The position numbers and the translations under genes were made by a program. Below, piece after piece: positions 1 through 10,577 of a stretch of 60,006 nucleotides of DNA; the stretch's first letter is position 1, and every line of letters begins with the position of its first letter. The notes beneath the pieces are model-generated. The model saw nothing but the letters and a program-made list of their open reading frames with translations. It made no database searches and had not been told where the DNA came from. The stretch spans positions 1 to 60,006 of the forward strand of contig CAIRHD010000223.1 in assembly GCA_903878265.1 (NCBI GenBank). The letters are read 5' to 3'. This DNA is from an uncultured Bacteroidales bacterium (GTDB lineage: Bacteria; Bacteroidota; Bacteroidia; Bacteroidales; UBA4417).

Positions 1-615
1 GAATACCAAGTTGCCATTGCTAACGGCTGTATAATCATCGCCTGCCTTGGCTGTGCCATCAGCTGTTGACCATTTTAAACTCACTTCCTTGTCAGAAATT
101 GCCGATAGTATAACCGTTACTTTTGCATTTAGCTGGGTAGCGTTGCCTTCGGTAACCTTTGTGACTGCAGCAATATTTACCACTGGCATAAATGGATCGT
201 CGTTGGTAATAACTATTTCAGTCCTGTTTTTTAGGATGCCGGCATTGGTTGCATCGCTTGCTGTAACATAAAAATTTTCATCAGGTTCAAATAACTGGTC
301 GTTTACAATTTGAACTTCGATGCTTTTAACTGTTTCGCCAGGTTCAAAAACCAAGATGCTATTAGATACTAGAACGTAATCCGAACCAGCCTTGGCAGTT
401 CCATCGGATGTTGACCATTTCAGGCTGACCTGTTTGTCGGATTTTGCACTTAAGGTAACTTCCAGTATTGCAGTGAGTTGTACAGCTGTTCCTTCATTGG
501 TTGCTATTTTTTGGGGCAAACTGATGTCGGGAGGAGAGGCTACATCTTTTTTGCAGGAACCAATAAAAATTGATTGTGCAAAAACCAGTGACAAGAAAAG
601 ATTTTTTGTGTTCAT
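1..615 (-). CDS. Calx-beta repeat lipoprotein. Only the N-terminal 205 codons are present; the gene runs off the left edge.
   Basis: From my own reverse-complement translation. The ATG is at 615-613 and the product starts MNTKNLFLSLVFAQSIFIGSC (lipobox). Two repeats follow with the Calx-beta signature SLKWST(S/A)DGTAKAG(S/D)DY. The frame stays open to base 1. The ORF track omits it because no stop lies in the window. The + strand ORFs 47..271 and 392..637 are its shadows. Confidence 0.75.
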   Translation of the reverse strand, partial: MNTKNLFLSLVFAQSIFIGSCKKDVASPPDISLPQKIATNEGTAVQLTAILEVTLSAKSDKQVSLKWSTSDGTAKAGSDYVLVSNSILVFEPGETVKSIEVQIVNDQLFEPDENFYVTASDATNAGILKNRTEIVITNDDPFMPVVNIAAVTKVTEGNATQLNAKVTVILSAISDKEVSLKWSTADGTAKAGDDYTAVSNGNLVF

Positions 616-742
616 GGGATTATGTGTTGATTTTTGAAATTATTACTTGTTATCTTTCGTTGATTAATGATAATGTTCGAACTGCTTACATGAGCTGTAT
701 TACTAACGGTTTTGTTTAGTTAAAAGTATGAAAACATACCAA

Positions 743-2203
743 TTACCAAATATATGTAGCCACAGCGCCGTTGCTCAATGAGGTTGTAGCGATGTGTCTA
801 TTGATTTCGATATTAAACGTTTTCGTTTCCGTATCGTTATTTAATACAATCAACACTTTTTTCCCATCAGGCGTTAAAAAAGCAACATTTGGGAGATTTG
901 TGGGCAAATTCGTTTTAACCCGGATTGATCCTGCAGGAACAAATTTTGAAGCATGGGCAATAATATAATACGAAACATTGCGCACAACATACGTTCCTAT
1001 GGTCAACGCACCTTCACATTGGGTGCATCCTCCGCTTGTATGCGGCTTATACGAAGGATCGGAGGCTAAATTCCACTCCAGAACATTTTTGCTCCAGTTA
1101 CGGGTTGCACCAATTATGAGGTTTTGTACATGCCATTGTAACTCGTGGCTAAAATTACCCGGACCACCAACCCATTGTTCGGTAAAATATACATTTTTTT
1201 TCGGATAAGCATCGTGTACTTTCGATAAAGCGGAAATTTCGCCTCCATACAAATGAAAAGCGGAACCATCAATATATTGGCTGGCAGCAGGATCGGCCAA
1301 TATGGTGGTTGCATATTCAGGATGATCGCAGTTATGGTCGTACAAAATAATCTTAGTAGAAAGACCGTCAGCTTTAAAAGCTGGCCCTAAGTGATTTTTG
1401 ATAAAATCCCTTTGCTCTGTGGCAAGCATTTTCATACTTGGATTGTTATCGGGATTTAAAGGTTCATTTTGAATGGTAATTGCATCAATTGGAATGCCTT
1501 CGGTTTTCATTTCAGTTATGTAACGAACCAGGTATTTGGCATAAACCGGATAATAATTTGGCAACAAACTACCGCCAATTGAATTTCCATTCGATTTCAT
1601 CCAAACAGGTGCCGACCAAGGCGAACCAAGGATTTTTATTTTGGGGTTGATGCGTAGGATTGATCTCAAGACCGGTATCAAATCAACTTTGTCGGGAGCG
1701 AGGCTGAAATGCTGCAGGTTTAAATCGGTTTGGCCTTTGGGCAAATCATCGTATGAAAATACAGATGCATTCAAGTCAGAAGCTCCTATACTGATTCGCA
1801 AATAGCTAATGCCAATTGAAGTAGCATCGGATCCAAACAACTCATTTAAAAGTGTTTCGCGGTCAGATTCGGCCAATTTATTTATCAGGAATGCACTACC
1901 ACCGGTCAGGGAAAACCCGAAACCATCCATTTCCTGATAGGTTGTGGATGTATCAATAACAATTGTTGGAAACTGGTTTGAATCGGATTTAAAAATCAAG
2001 TTCCTTTCCTGTTTTTTTAACAACTCCGATTGGTCGGGTGTGGTAATCCAACAGGAAATCTCAGTTGCCCCAGGTACTAAACTGGTATCGGCAGGATTTA
2101 CTGCCAATAAAGGTCTATCCTTACTTTTACAGCCAGTAAAAAATCCTATCCAAATACCGAACAAAAGGAAAAAGAACAATAACTTACTATATCTATTTTG
2201 CAT
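743..2203 (-). CDS. Glycoside hydrolase family 30 lipoprotein (beta-1,6-glucanase / glucosylceramidase-like)
   Basis: 486-aa ORF with the lipobox FFTGC. GH30 hallmarks are GFGFSLTGGSA, the acid/base region AITIQNEP and the nucleophile region NVYFTEQW. It lies in a SusC/SusD locus. Confidence 0.85.
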   Translation of the reverse strand: MQNRYSKLLFFFLLFGIWIGFFTGCKSKDRPLLAVNPADTSLVPGATEISCWITTPDQSELLKKQERNLIFKSDSNQFPTIVIDTSTTYQEMDGFGFSLTGGSAFLINKLAESDRETLLNELFGSDATSIGISYLRISIGASDLNASVFSYDDLPKGQTDLNLQHFSLAPDKVDLIPVLRSILRINPKIKILGSPWSAPVWMKSNGNSIGGSLLPNYYPVYAKYLVRYITEMKTEGIPIDAITIQNEPLNPDNNPSMKMLATEQRDFIKNHLGPAFKADGLSTKIILYDHNCDHPEYATTILADPAASQYIDGSAFHLYGGEISALSKVHDAYPKKNVYFTEQWVGGPGNFSHELQWHVQNLIIGATRNWSKNVLEWNLASDPSYKPHTSGGCTQCEGALTIGTYVVRNVSYYIIAHASKFVPAGSIRVKTNLPTNLPNVAFLTPDGKKVLIVLNNDTETKTFNIEINRHIATTSLSNGAVATYIW

Positions 2204-2263
2204 TTGGATTTGTGGTTAGTTGAGAAATAAAGTTCTTTTTGCAAAGCTAAATAAAACCAGGCC

Positions 2264-5017
2264 TTATTGGATAATTAGTTTCTCACGAAAAATCCTGGAA
2301 TTTGTTTTCAACTCCATGATATAGAATCCTTTTGGAAGATCACCGACGAAAATAGTTTTGGTTGGCTCCGAATCGGATAAAATGAGGTTCTTCACTACAA
2401 TTCCATTAGCTGATTTAAGTGAAATGGTTTTCTTGTCTCCTGCCGTTTCTGGAATTGTTACCGTTACTTCTTGACTAGTGGGATTGGGATACAGCTTAAA
2501 AACGTTTTCCCCGAATTCCTGCCCGCCTAAACTTGTTTCAGAAAACTTGTACCAATTCATGTTAAATTCGGTTTGCAGGATTTTGATGCGCAAAACGCAA
2601 ATCCCCGCATTTAAATCGATTGGAGTGGCAATAGTTTTCCATACTTGCCAGCCTCCGGTAATTGGGATATTGAGTGTGGAGGAATTTACAACAGCCCCAT
2701 AAGAATTAAGTTGCTGAACTTCTATTTTTCCAGCAGTTCCACCCGAGGCAACACGCACTTCCATCCAGTATTTAGCTGATTTTGTTACCCTTACTTTATA
2801 ATCGAGGTAATCGCCGACATTGGTAAACCCAACGTTTTGTCCACCACCAACATCTGTTGTGGTTTCGAGCTGCAATCCTTGGTTAACACTAAAAGCTTCA
2901 GCTTCAATTTTACCAGGAATTTTTGCATAAACAGGCAAATTATTTTTCACTTGCAAGTTGCTGAAATCCTGAAGCAGAGTTCCATCGATAGCCTTCACAT
3001 GTCCGCCCGAATAGCTGAGCTTGATATCATCTATATCAAATAATGGCTGATTTACGCCAAACACAATTTGCATTGGGTTGTCAATATTTGTGGCAATGTA
3101 CGTAACGGCAACAGTAATCCCGTTTACGGTACAAGTAAAATTATCGGATTTAACTGTAGAATCAATAAGCATTTTGTTGCTACTAAGGTAAATAAGTTCA
3201 GTTTGTTGATAAGTTTCGGCAGAAATGGCTTTGGTTACAACATCTTCCGTTTTTTTGCTTAACGCGAAATCCATCAAACTAAAATTAGCCCCTCCTTTTT
3301 CGTAATATACCTTTATTATTTGATTCCCTTTATATAAAACAACATCGTTAATCGGGAGGTTGACCCAGGTTTTAAAACCACCGGTGGTCGGCAAATTCAA
3401 TGAACCTGTTATATCGGCTCCATTTAGTTCTATCCTGATTTTTGAACCAGCTCCTAAAATTGCATACCTGAAATTAATTGAATAGGCAGCATTCGAATCT
3501 ACATTAACTGTATATTGAAGCCATTCTTTATCAGCAGTCCAACCAACGTTGTACCCATTTGTGCCTGCAACGCCATCCGTATTGGATTCAATATCCACAC
3601 CATCGTTACGGTAGCTCCAACCGCTGTTCCAGGCAGTGTATGTCCCGGTAGTTACATTGTAGTTTGCAACGTCGGTGTCAAAATAGGCTTTTCCATTTCG
3701 CCCAAGGTCAAAATCGGTAGCTGGGATAACGCCAGGAATTGAAAGGTTTGCATAAGGTTTTGTGGTGGAATCGCTAATTTGCCTGAACATGGCATCGATT
3801 ACATCCTTACGGAAAATGCAATTTTGTATTTGGGAATTTTGGGCCATCTGGAGCAAGGTATAATAAGCAAAGCCAGCAGCCGGTGCTGTACCACCATTGT
3901 TCCAGTAATCCAATAAAGTCTGGTAATTGTCAGTTTTAACAATAGTCATTGGGTTGACTACCGAACCAATTTTTTTCAAAGGCCACCATGCCCATCCAAT
4001 CCCGTTTTTTTCAACCAATTGGATAGCATCTGTAAACCAAACATTCGAGTTTTCGCCAGATTCCCCAAGCCAGATTGGCACATTGTACTGGTTCCTGATT
4101 CCGATAATGCCTGCGATTGAACCTTGATCGTTGTATGACCAGTATTTATGAAAGCTTACAACTGTATTGTTATCCCATGTTGGGAAAATACCGTTGTAGT
4201 TGTTTCCCCAGCAATTTCCCTCGATAACGATAAGATGTTTGGTATCAACCTCGCGGATGGCATTGGTGATGTTAACATACAATTGCCGCAATGGCGTATT
4301 CGAATTTTCGGAGCATCCATTCTGATTGCCACCGGCAGTAAAGGCCCAGTTAGGTTCGTTAATAAGGTCGTAACCCCCAACCCAGGGTTCGTCGGCATAA
4401 CGCTCAGCAAGTTTGCGCCACAATGCAATGGTTTTCTGTTTGTTTGCTTCACTTTCCCAAAGGGATGGTTTTGCAGGATTATAATCGCTAATGGCTTTAT
4501 CTTTGCCCTGACCGCCAGGCGCGGCATGTAAATCCAAAATTACATAAATATGGTTGGCCTTGCACCAGCTTATGAGGCTATCCGTCATGGCAAAGCCTTT
4601 TTCGAGCCATGTATTTTGACCTGAAACAGGCTCTTGTTCGATAGGTAAAGTGTAAAGGTTGTAATGCATTGGCAGCCTGACGGAATTAAAGCCCCATGCA
4701 GCCAAAGAATCAATATCAGCGCGGGTGCAATGGGAGGCATGCCAGGCATTGTAAAAAGATTCTGTATTAACAGCTCCAATGAGTGCCGATATTTTTTCTT
4801 TTATTTCCCATTGAGCCCCGGCAAAACCGCTCATTTCCATCATGTAAGGTTCTTGTAGCATCCAGCCGCCCAGCCCCATTCCCCTCAGAATTACCTCGTT
4901 GCCATTTTCATCCACAATTTTTTTACCACTCACCTTCAGGCCTTGTGCCGAAATTGAAAAACTCAGCAAGAAGATAAAAACTGAAAGTAAGCAGCTAATT
5001 TTGAGACTTTTAATCAT
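2264..5017 (-). CDS. Secreted GH5 glycoside hydrolase with two CBM6-like modules and a T9SS C-terminal sorting domain
   Basis: 917 aa with a signal peptide. GH5 motifs are ILDLHAAPGGQ, DLINEPN (acid/base) and IWLGESGE (nucleophile). Two CBM6-type blocks are present (...TGGFKTWVNL... and IEAEAF...GGWQVWKT...). The C-terminus FKLYPNPTSQEVTVTI...IMELKT...KLIIQ is a type A T9SS sorting domain. Confidence 0.85.
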   Translation of the reverse strand: MIKSLKISCLLSVFIFLLSFSISAQGLKVSGKKIVDENGNEVILRGMGLGGWMLQEPYMMEMSGFAGAQWEIKEKISALIGAVNTESFYNAWHASHCTRADIDSLAAWGFNSVRLPMHYNLYTLPIEQEPVSGQNTWLEKGFAMTDSLISWCKANHIYVILDLHAAPGGQGKDKAISDYNPAKPSLWESEANKQKTIALWRKLAERYADEPWVGGYDLINEPNWAFTAGGNQNGCSENSNTPLRQLYVNITNAIREVDTKHLIVIEGNCWGNNYNGIFPTWDNNTVVSFHKYWSYNDQGSIAGIIGIRNQYNVPIWLGESGENSNVWFTDAIQLVEKNGIGWAWWPLKKIGSVVNPMTIVKTDNYQTLLDYWNNGGTAPAAGFAYYTLLQMAQNSQIQNCIFRKDVIDAMFRQISDSTTKPYANLSIPGVIPATDFDLGRNGKAYFDTDVANYNVTTGTYTAWNSGWSYRNDGVDIESNTDGVAGTNGYNVGWTADKEWLQYTVNVDSNAAYSINFRYAILGAGSKIRIELNGADITGSLNLPTTGGFKTWVNLPINDVVLYKGNQIIKVYYEKGGANFSLMDFALSKKTEDVVTKAISAETYQQTELIYLSSNKMLIDSTVKSDNFTCTVNGITVAVTYIATNIDNPMQIVFGVNQPLFDIDDIKLSYSGGHVKAIDGTLLQDFSNLQVKNNLPVYAKIPGKIEAEAFSVNQGLQLETTTDVGGGQNVGFTNVGDYLDYKVRVTKSAKYWMEVRVASGGTAGKIEVQQLNSYGAVVNSSTLNIPITGGWQVWKTIATPIDLNAGICVLRIKILQTEFNMNWYKFSETSLGGQEFGENVFKLYPNPTSQEVTVTIPETAGDKKTISLKSANGIVVKNLILSDSEPTKTIFVGDLPKGFYIMELKTNSRIFREKLIIQ

Positions 5018-5395
5018 TGGATTGGTTTTAGTTTTATGGCAAAATTTGATTTGAAATCAACAGGGTAAGACTTAGCGATTTTATCAAAATAATAATCAAC
5101 TTTCAGGCGGCTAGAGTTTTCATCAATTATATAAGGATGTACCTACATTGAATTTTTAGTTTTTGACCTTGTTCTTTATAATGATTTGAAAGGAAGGGAA
5201 CAAACAAGGCATTGAGGCCATAAAGATTCCCAAAGTAAAGCGATTTAAATCTATTAACCTGATGTGAATCAAAAAGTTTAAGCCTCGGGGAAACAGTCTT
5301 TTTTGTGTGGACTCAAACCTCAAAAATTGAAGAAAGCCAGCCGTTAAAAAATAAAACGGCCAGCTTAATCCACCAATCAACATCAACTTTTAAAA

Positions 5396-6892
5396 TCAAT
5401 AATTCGGGTTTTGTACTAATTTGGTATTCGACAACTCTGTGAGAGGTATAGGAAGTATTTCATTTTTTCCAACTTTAAAACCTCTCGAAGCTAGCACTGT
5501 TCCAGCCTGACCAGTTCGAACTAGATCGAACCAACGGTGTCCTTCGGTGGCCAGTTCCAAACGACGTTCCTTATATATATTGTCTAATGTTGCAGGAATA
5601 GACGGGAGGCCTACACGGGCACGAACTCTATCTAGGTAATATTGGGCTTTAGAAGTGTTACCACCGCCACGCACCAATGCTTCTGCTTCCATCAAGTAAG
5701 TGTCGGCCAGCCGGATTTCAAACACATCATTCGGATAGTTCAGATATGGTTCTCCTCCAAGACTAGAGTAGAACTCGATAAGCGGTGCAAATTTCTGAAT
5801 AAAATATCCAGTATTCTGATATCCTTTTACATCATAGTTTGCAATTCCAGCCTTTTTAAGACTATCTATATTTGCAACAGTATAACGATATCTGGGATCG
5901 TTTTTAAGCACATTAACAAGTTCAAGAGTAATTGGGTTGAACCCCCAACCAGCTTTATATGTAGGGCCAACAAATGCACGTGGGCCAATTAACTGGCAAT
6001 ATATGTTGCCTTCACCAGTAGGGCGGCCGTTACCATCCCAATAACCTTTTGCAGCAGAAGTATGAACAATTTCAAAAACCGACTCTTTGTTAAATTTATT
6101 ATCCGGGCGAAAAATATCTCCGAAATTTGCCAACAATTCATAATTGGGCGAAGTATTGACTTGCTCAAAGAGATCGGCTGCTTCTATCATACGGCTATCA
6201 TTATTCTGAAATAGAATAACTTTTCCTAACAATGCAGCACCTGCAAATTTGGTAACCCTACCGTTTTCAGCAGTAGGAACCGACACAGGAAGATCGGGGA
6301 TGGCCTCTTTCAGGTCTTTTTCGATTTGCGCCCAAACATCTTCAGGCTTTGCTTGCGTTACATTGAACATATTATCCGGTGAAACAGGACTTATAAAAAG
6401 GGGTACATTTTTAAATAAACGTACCAGATCGAAATAGAAATATGCACGCAGAAACTTAGATTCGGCAATAAACCTCTTTTTTAAAGTAGCATCCATAGGA
6501 ACTGCATCTAGTTTTGACAAAAGCACATTTGCCCTGTAAACTCCTGTAAAATTTCGGTTCCAAAAATCACCCTGAATACCTACGGAAGCATCAATTGTAT
6601 AATTTCCCCATGCTTGCCATGCAGGGATATCAGATGAACTCGCGCCACCGGTGAAACAATCATCAGAAGCTGAGTTCAATGGGCCTAGTTTACTGCAATA
6701 GGAATTCCCATATTCAGTTCCCAGGGGATCGTAAGCGGAAACCAGACCATTGAATGCTTCCTCGGCATTACGGTAATAATTTGCTTCCAAAGCGGTCCCT
6801 TTTGGTTCAACATTGACAAAATCTTTTGAACAGGAATTCAGGAATATGCCGCCAGCAACAAACACCAACAAGATTATAATATTTGTTTTCAT
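5396..6892 (-). CDS. SusD/RagB family nutrient-binding outer membrane lipoprotein
   Basis: 498 aa with the lipobox LNSC. SusD-type TPR core motifs are present (LRAYFYFDLVRLFKNVPL, ERRLELATEGHRWFDLVR). It lies 22 bp downstream of a SusC gene. Confidence 0.9.
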   Translation of the reverse strand: MKTNIIILLVFVAGGIFLNSCSKDFVNVEPKGTALEANYYRNAEEAFNGLVSAYDPLGTEYGNSYCSKLGPLNSASDDCFTGGASSSDIPAWQAWGNYTIDASVGIQGDFWNRNFTGVYRANVLLSKLDAVPMDATLKKRFIAESKFLRAYFYFDLVRLFKNVPLFISPVSPDNMFNVTQAKPEDVWAQIEKDLKEAIPDLPVSVPTAENGRVTKFAGAALLGKVILFQNNDSRMIEAADLFEQVNTSPNYELLANFGDIFRPDNKFNKESVFEIVHTSAAKGYWDGNGRPTGEGNIYCQLIGPRAFVGPTYKAGWGFNPITLELVNVLKNDPRYRYTVANIDSLKKAGIANYDVKGYQNTGYFIQKFAPLIEFYSSLGGEPYLNYPNDVFEIRLADTYLMEAEALVRGGGNTSKAQYYLDRVRARVGLPSIPATLDNIYKERRLELATEGHRWFDLVRTGQAGTVLASRGFKVGKNEILPIPLTELSNTKLVQNPNY

Positions 6893-6914
6893 GTTTTTTT
6901 GTATTTATGATTAA

Positions 6915-9900
6915 TTAAAATGTTACAGTTAGACCTGCCATAAACGAACGGGCTTGTGGATAAATACCACGATCAATTCCATAGCTATATCCACCAATCT
7001 CAGGATCAAAACCATTATATTTGGTATATGTAGCAAGATTATTAGAACTCACATAAACACGCAATTGCTGTAACCCTATTTTTTCAACAGTAGTTTTAGG
7101 CAGTGTGTATCCAATCTGTAAAGTTTTTATCCTAAAGTAGGCGCCACTGGTCAAGTAAAAATTTGATGGGCTGCTGAAATTTTTATTTACATCATTGGTC
7201 GTCAACCTAGGGAAAGTATTCGATGTTCCTTCACCCGTCCAACGGCCTAATGCCTCAGTTGTCCAGTTGGCATTTGGGATATCCAATCTGCGTAGCCCAT
7301 TATATACATCATTTCCGGCAACACCCTGACCAAAAGCCAAAATATCAAATCCTTTAAAGTTAGCAGATACTGAAGCTCCAAAAGACCATGTTGGAGTAGG
7401 GTCACCAATAAACGTACGGTCATCGGCGGTAATTTTTCCATCTGGAACCCCATCTGGACCGCTGAGGTCAGCATACCGGAAATCTCCTGGTTTAGCATTT
7501 GGCTGGATCAAAGTAACATTGCCATTATCATCGGTAACTTTGTAGTAGTTTATTTCAGCCTGCGACTGGAAAATATCTAAAATCTCAAAACCATAAAAGG
7601 ATCCGATTGGATGACCAACAGCATTCCGTGTTAATTCGTAATCACTTGATTGGAAACCTTGACCGGTTGTAAATTCAACCGAGCCCAGATCAGTAACTTC
7701 GTTTTGTAGGTAGGATGCATTTCCGCTAATCTTGAAATCAACCTCGCCAAGCTGTTTATGGAAACCTAGCTCAAATTCTACACCTTTATTCATCATGGAA
7801 GCCACATTCCCAATTGGATTTCCGGCAGCACCAACATATCCAGGGATATGGAATTCAGCAAGCATACCCGATGTTTTTTTATTATAAACATCAAAAACAA
7901 CTGAAAAATATTTAAGTACCGTAGCCTCGAATCCAAGATTTAACTGGCTGGTTTCTTCCCATTTCAAATCAGGATTCGACGGCCTATTTGGGCTATAACC
8001 AATGGTATATAAATCATTACCAAAAGTATAATCGCGGCCTCCGCCTATTGTTGCCAGATAAAGAAAATTGTCAATTCCATCATTTCCTACAACACCATAG
8101 GATCCCCTCACCTTCAATAAGTTCACAATTTCATTTTTTGGCCAGAAATCTTCACGTGAGACAACCCAGCCTAATGATGCTGATGGGAAGGTACCATATT
8201 TATTGTTGGGGCCAAACTTGGAAGAACCATCACGGCGAATAATACCAGTAAACAAGTATTTTTCACTGTAATTGTATATAACACGTGCAAACAAGGAACT
8301 TAACCTATGGTCGGGAGCTTCCCATCCATAGCCATCTCTTTGGTCAGCTGTTGTTGTAAAATTCATAGAAGCGGCTTCAAAGGTGTTAACAGGCAGATTC
8401 TGATAGTTCATGCCCATACCTTTAGAATTATCAACCATGGCACTTGTACCAACCAAGGCCGTAATATTGCTCGCACCAATTAAAGTAGAATAGGATAGGG
8501 TGTTTTCAAAATTCCAAGTGAAACCAGAATTGTTACTTTTAGAAAATGAGTTTAGAGCAGTTGAAGTAGAAGCATTAAGGTAAAAAACAGGGGTAAAGCT
8601 TTCATCGCCCCAATAGGCTAATTTGGCGCCGAGGTCTGATTTAAACTTTAAGCCTTTTATAGGTTCAACCTCAGCATAAACATCACCTACAAAATTATCG
8701 GACCATCCGAAATTCCCTTGCCGGGTCTGAATATAAGCAAGCGGATTAGTCATTTCCTGTCCTACATATTTCGAAATACCATAAGGATTCCCATTGGCAT
8801 CCCTTATCACCGGATGGTCGGAATAAGGCGAGGAATCTGCAATAGCCGGATCTGTGACAACTATCTGTGTAATTGGATCAAGGTTTACTGCTGATGCCAA
8901 TGGGCCACCATACTCACTGTTTGTATTTAGTGATCCTTGGCTCTTCATGTGTGAATAACCAAAATTATTTCCAAACCTAAGCCATTCCTTAACTTTATGG
9001 TCAGAGTTAAGGCGAATTGTAATCCTTTTATAGTTTGAAATAGAAGAAGCGACAACCCCTTCCTGATCAAAATATCCAAATGATGTATAAAAAGTTGACT
9101 TGTCATTTCCACCACTCACGCTTAGTTCGTGATTTTGGATGCCTGCACTGTTGTTGAAAATAGTGCTCTGCCAGTCAGTTCCTATACCAAAAATAGCAGG
9201 GTCAGGAAAAGGCTTTGTCTGGTTAGCATTCATGGCAGCTTCATTCTGGAGGGTTGCATATTGGGTTGCATTCAGCATTTCCAATTTCTTTGCAGGGGAT
9301 TGGGTGCCTACATAAGTATTATAGTTCACCAGAAGTTTACCTGATTTCCCTTTTTTAGTAGTCACCAGAATTACTCCACTGGCAGCTCTGGTACCATAAA
9401 TGGCAGCCGAGGCAGCATCTTTTAACACATCAATTGATTCAATGTCAGACGAATTCAAATAATCAATACCACCTGAAATAGGCACACCATCAACTACAAA
9501 CAATGGATCGCTATTGCCAGTTGATGTTGCACCACGAATACGTATTGTGGAACCTGCACCTGGCTGTCCTGAACTGGAAGTAATGGTAACACCTGAAGTC
9601 CTTCCCTGCAATGCCTGTTCGATACGGGTAACCTGCACATTTTCCAGGTCTTTTGCCTTAACACTGGAAATAGCGCCAGTAACAACACTTTTTTTCTGTG
9701 AACCGTAGCCGATTACAACGATACCTTCCAAATCCACTTTTTCGTCTTCCATTTTTACCTTTAATGGAACACCTCCTGTAGCCTGTATTTCCATTTTTAT
9801 CTTGCCGATAAACGAAAAAATAAGGGTTTCGGCTGGATTTGAAGTTTTAAGGTAAAATGCACCATTGATATCGGTTGTAGTGCCTTCGGAAGTGCCTTTT

Positions 9901-10079
9901 AAGGCAACACTTACACCGGGAACGGTTTCACCTAAATTATCGGTAACGGTGCCGCTGTAAACATACGTTTTTTGGGCAAACAGCAAGGAAGAAATACCGA
10001 GCCATAGAATCCCTGTTAGCATCAGCACTTTGGTTCGCATGGTGCTGCTTCGTGGAAAATTGTTGAGGTTTGTTTTCAT
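6915..10079 (-). CDS. SusC/RagA family TonB-dependent outer membrane transporter
   Basis: 1054 aa. It has a carboxypeptidase-regulatory-like N-domain (GTVTDNLGETVPGVSVALKGT), a plug (IVVIGYGSQKK, GRTSGV) and a beta-barrel ending AGLTVTF. The true start may be Met14 at 10040. Confidence 0.9.
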   Translation of the reverse strand: MKTNLNNFPRSSTMRTKVLMLTGILWLGISSLLFAQKTYVYSGTVTDNLGETVPGVSVALKGTSEGTTTDINGAFYLKTSNPAETLIFSFIGKIKMEIQATGGVPLKVKMEDEKVDLEGIVVIGYGSQKKSVVTGAISSVKAKDLENVQVTRIEQALQGRTSGVTITSSSGQPGAGSTIRIRGATSTGNSDPLFVVDGVPISGGIDYLNSSDIESIDVLKDAASAAIYGTRAASGVILVTTKKGKSGKLLVNYNTYVGTQSPAKKLEMLNATQYATLQNEAAMNANQTKPFPDPAIFGIGTDWQSTIFNNSAGIQNHELSVSGGNDKSTFYTSFGYFDQEGVVASSISNYKRITIRLNSDHKVKEWLRFGNNFGYSHMKSQGSLNTNSEYGGPLASAVNLDPITQIVVTDPAIADSSPYSDHPVIRDANGNPYGISKYVGQEMTNPLAYIQTRQGNFGWSDNFVGDVYAEVEPIKGLKFKSDLGAKLAYWGDESFTPVFYLNASTSTALNSFSKSNNSGFTWNFENTLSYSTLIGASNITALVGTSAMVDNSKGMGMNYQNLPVNTFEAASMNFTTTADQRDGYGWEAPDHRLSSLFARVIYNYSEKYLFTGIIRRDGSSKFGPNNKYGTFPSASLGWVVSREDFWPKNEIVNLLKVRGSYGVVGNDGIDNFLYLATIGGGRDYTFGNDLYTIGYSPNRPSNPDLKWEETSQLNLGFEATVLKYFSVVFDVYNKKTSGMLAEFHIPGYVGAAGNPIGNVASMMNKGVEFELGFHKQLGEVDFKISGNASYLQNEVTDLGSVEFTTGQGFQSSDYELTRNAVGHPIGSFYGFEILDIFQSQAEINYYKVTDDNGNVTLIQPNAKPGDFRYADLSGPDGVPDGKITADDRTFIGDPTPTWSFGASVSANFKGFDILAFGQGVAGNDVYNGLRRLDIPNANWTTEALGRWTGEGTSNTFPRLTTNDVNKNFSSPSNFYLTSGAYFRIKTLQIGYTLPKTTVEKIGLQQLRVYVSSNNLATYTKYNGFDPEIGGYSYGIDRGIYPQARSFMAGLTVTF

Positions 10080-10433
10080 AATGGTTAATTTGGGTTGGTT
10101 GAGGTGTTAAAGTTTCACAATTAATTGAAATACAGATTGGTTGGCGTATTATTTCAATCCATTTTTTGTTGGTGTAATTTTGACACGAAGATAGGTATAT
10201 TATTTATACAATTACAAATTCAGGAAAGTTTATTTTGAAATTAATTATTCTGTCGAATCTGTATGGTTGACTGTACATTGTTCAAATATGGCAAACAAAT
10301 ATTGATACAGATAAAAAATATAAAACGCACCAAATAATAAAACACATAACTACTTGGTGCATATATGTACTTACTCTCAAGGTGTTATTTATAAATTCAA
10401 AAAACTGGTCATATTTTTGATCAATCTAACCGA

Positions 10434-10491
10434 GGAGAAAAAGACACATAAAACACGGCACTGGAGAGCAATGCGAAGTGTTTTATATGTC
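10434..10491 (-). terminator. Rho-independent terminator downstream of the second SusD gene
   Basis: A 14-bp stem pairs gacacataaaacac (10443-10456) with gtgttttatatgtc (10478-10491), with one mismatch. On the minus strand it is followed by TTTTTCTC. It lies about 90 nt after the SusD stop at 10578. Confidence 0.6.
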
Positions 10492-10577
10492 TTTTATCAA
10501 TTATTTTTCAAAATCAGGCAAATTAGTTCAGATTTCCATAGAAATGACACCTGAATACCTCTTGGCCTTATGGGGAT

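Noticed and set aside
47-637. The + strand ORFs 47..271 and 392..637 in the ORF track
   Set aside because: They lie antisense to a much better minus-strand reading frame (Calx-beta lipoprotein, 615 to 1) with a clear lipobox and repeated DGTAKAG.DY motifs. I treat them as shadow ORFs.
4148-4531. The paired 127-aa (+) and 123-aa (-) ORFs inside the GH5 gene
   Set aside because: Both lie in alternative frames within the 917-aa GH5 ORF, which carries unambiguous catalytic motifs in this exact region.
5156-5386. The 76-aa ORF between the SusD and GH5 genes, and a hairpin near 5335-5375
   Set aside because: The ORF has no features of a real protein. The hairpin arms (aagccagccgtt / aacggccagctt) have two central mismatches, so I did not call a terminator.
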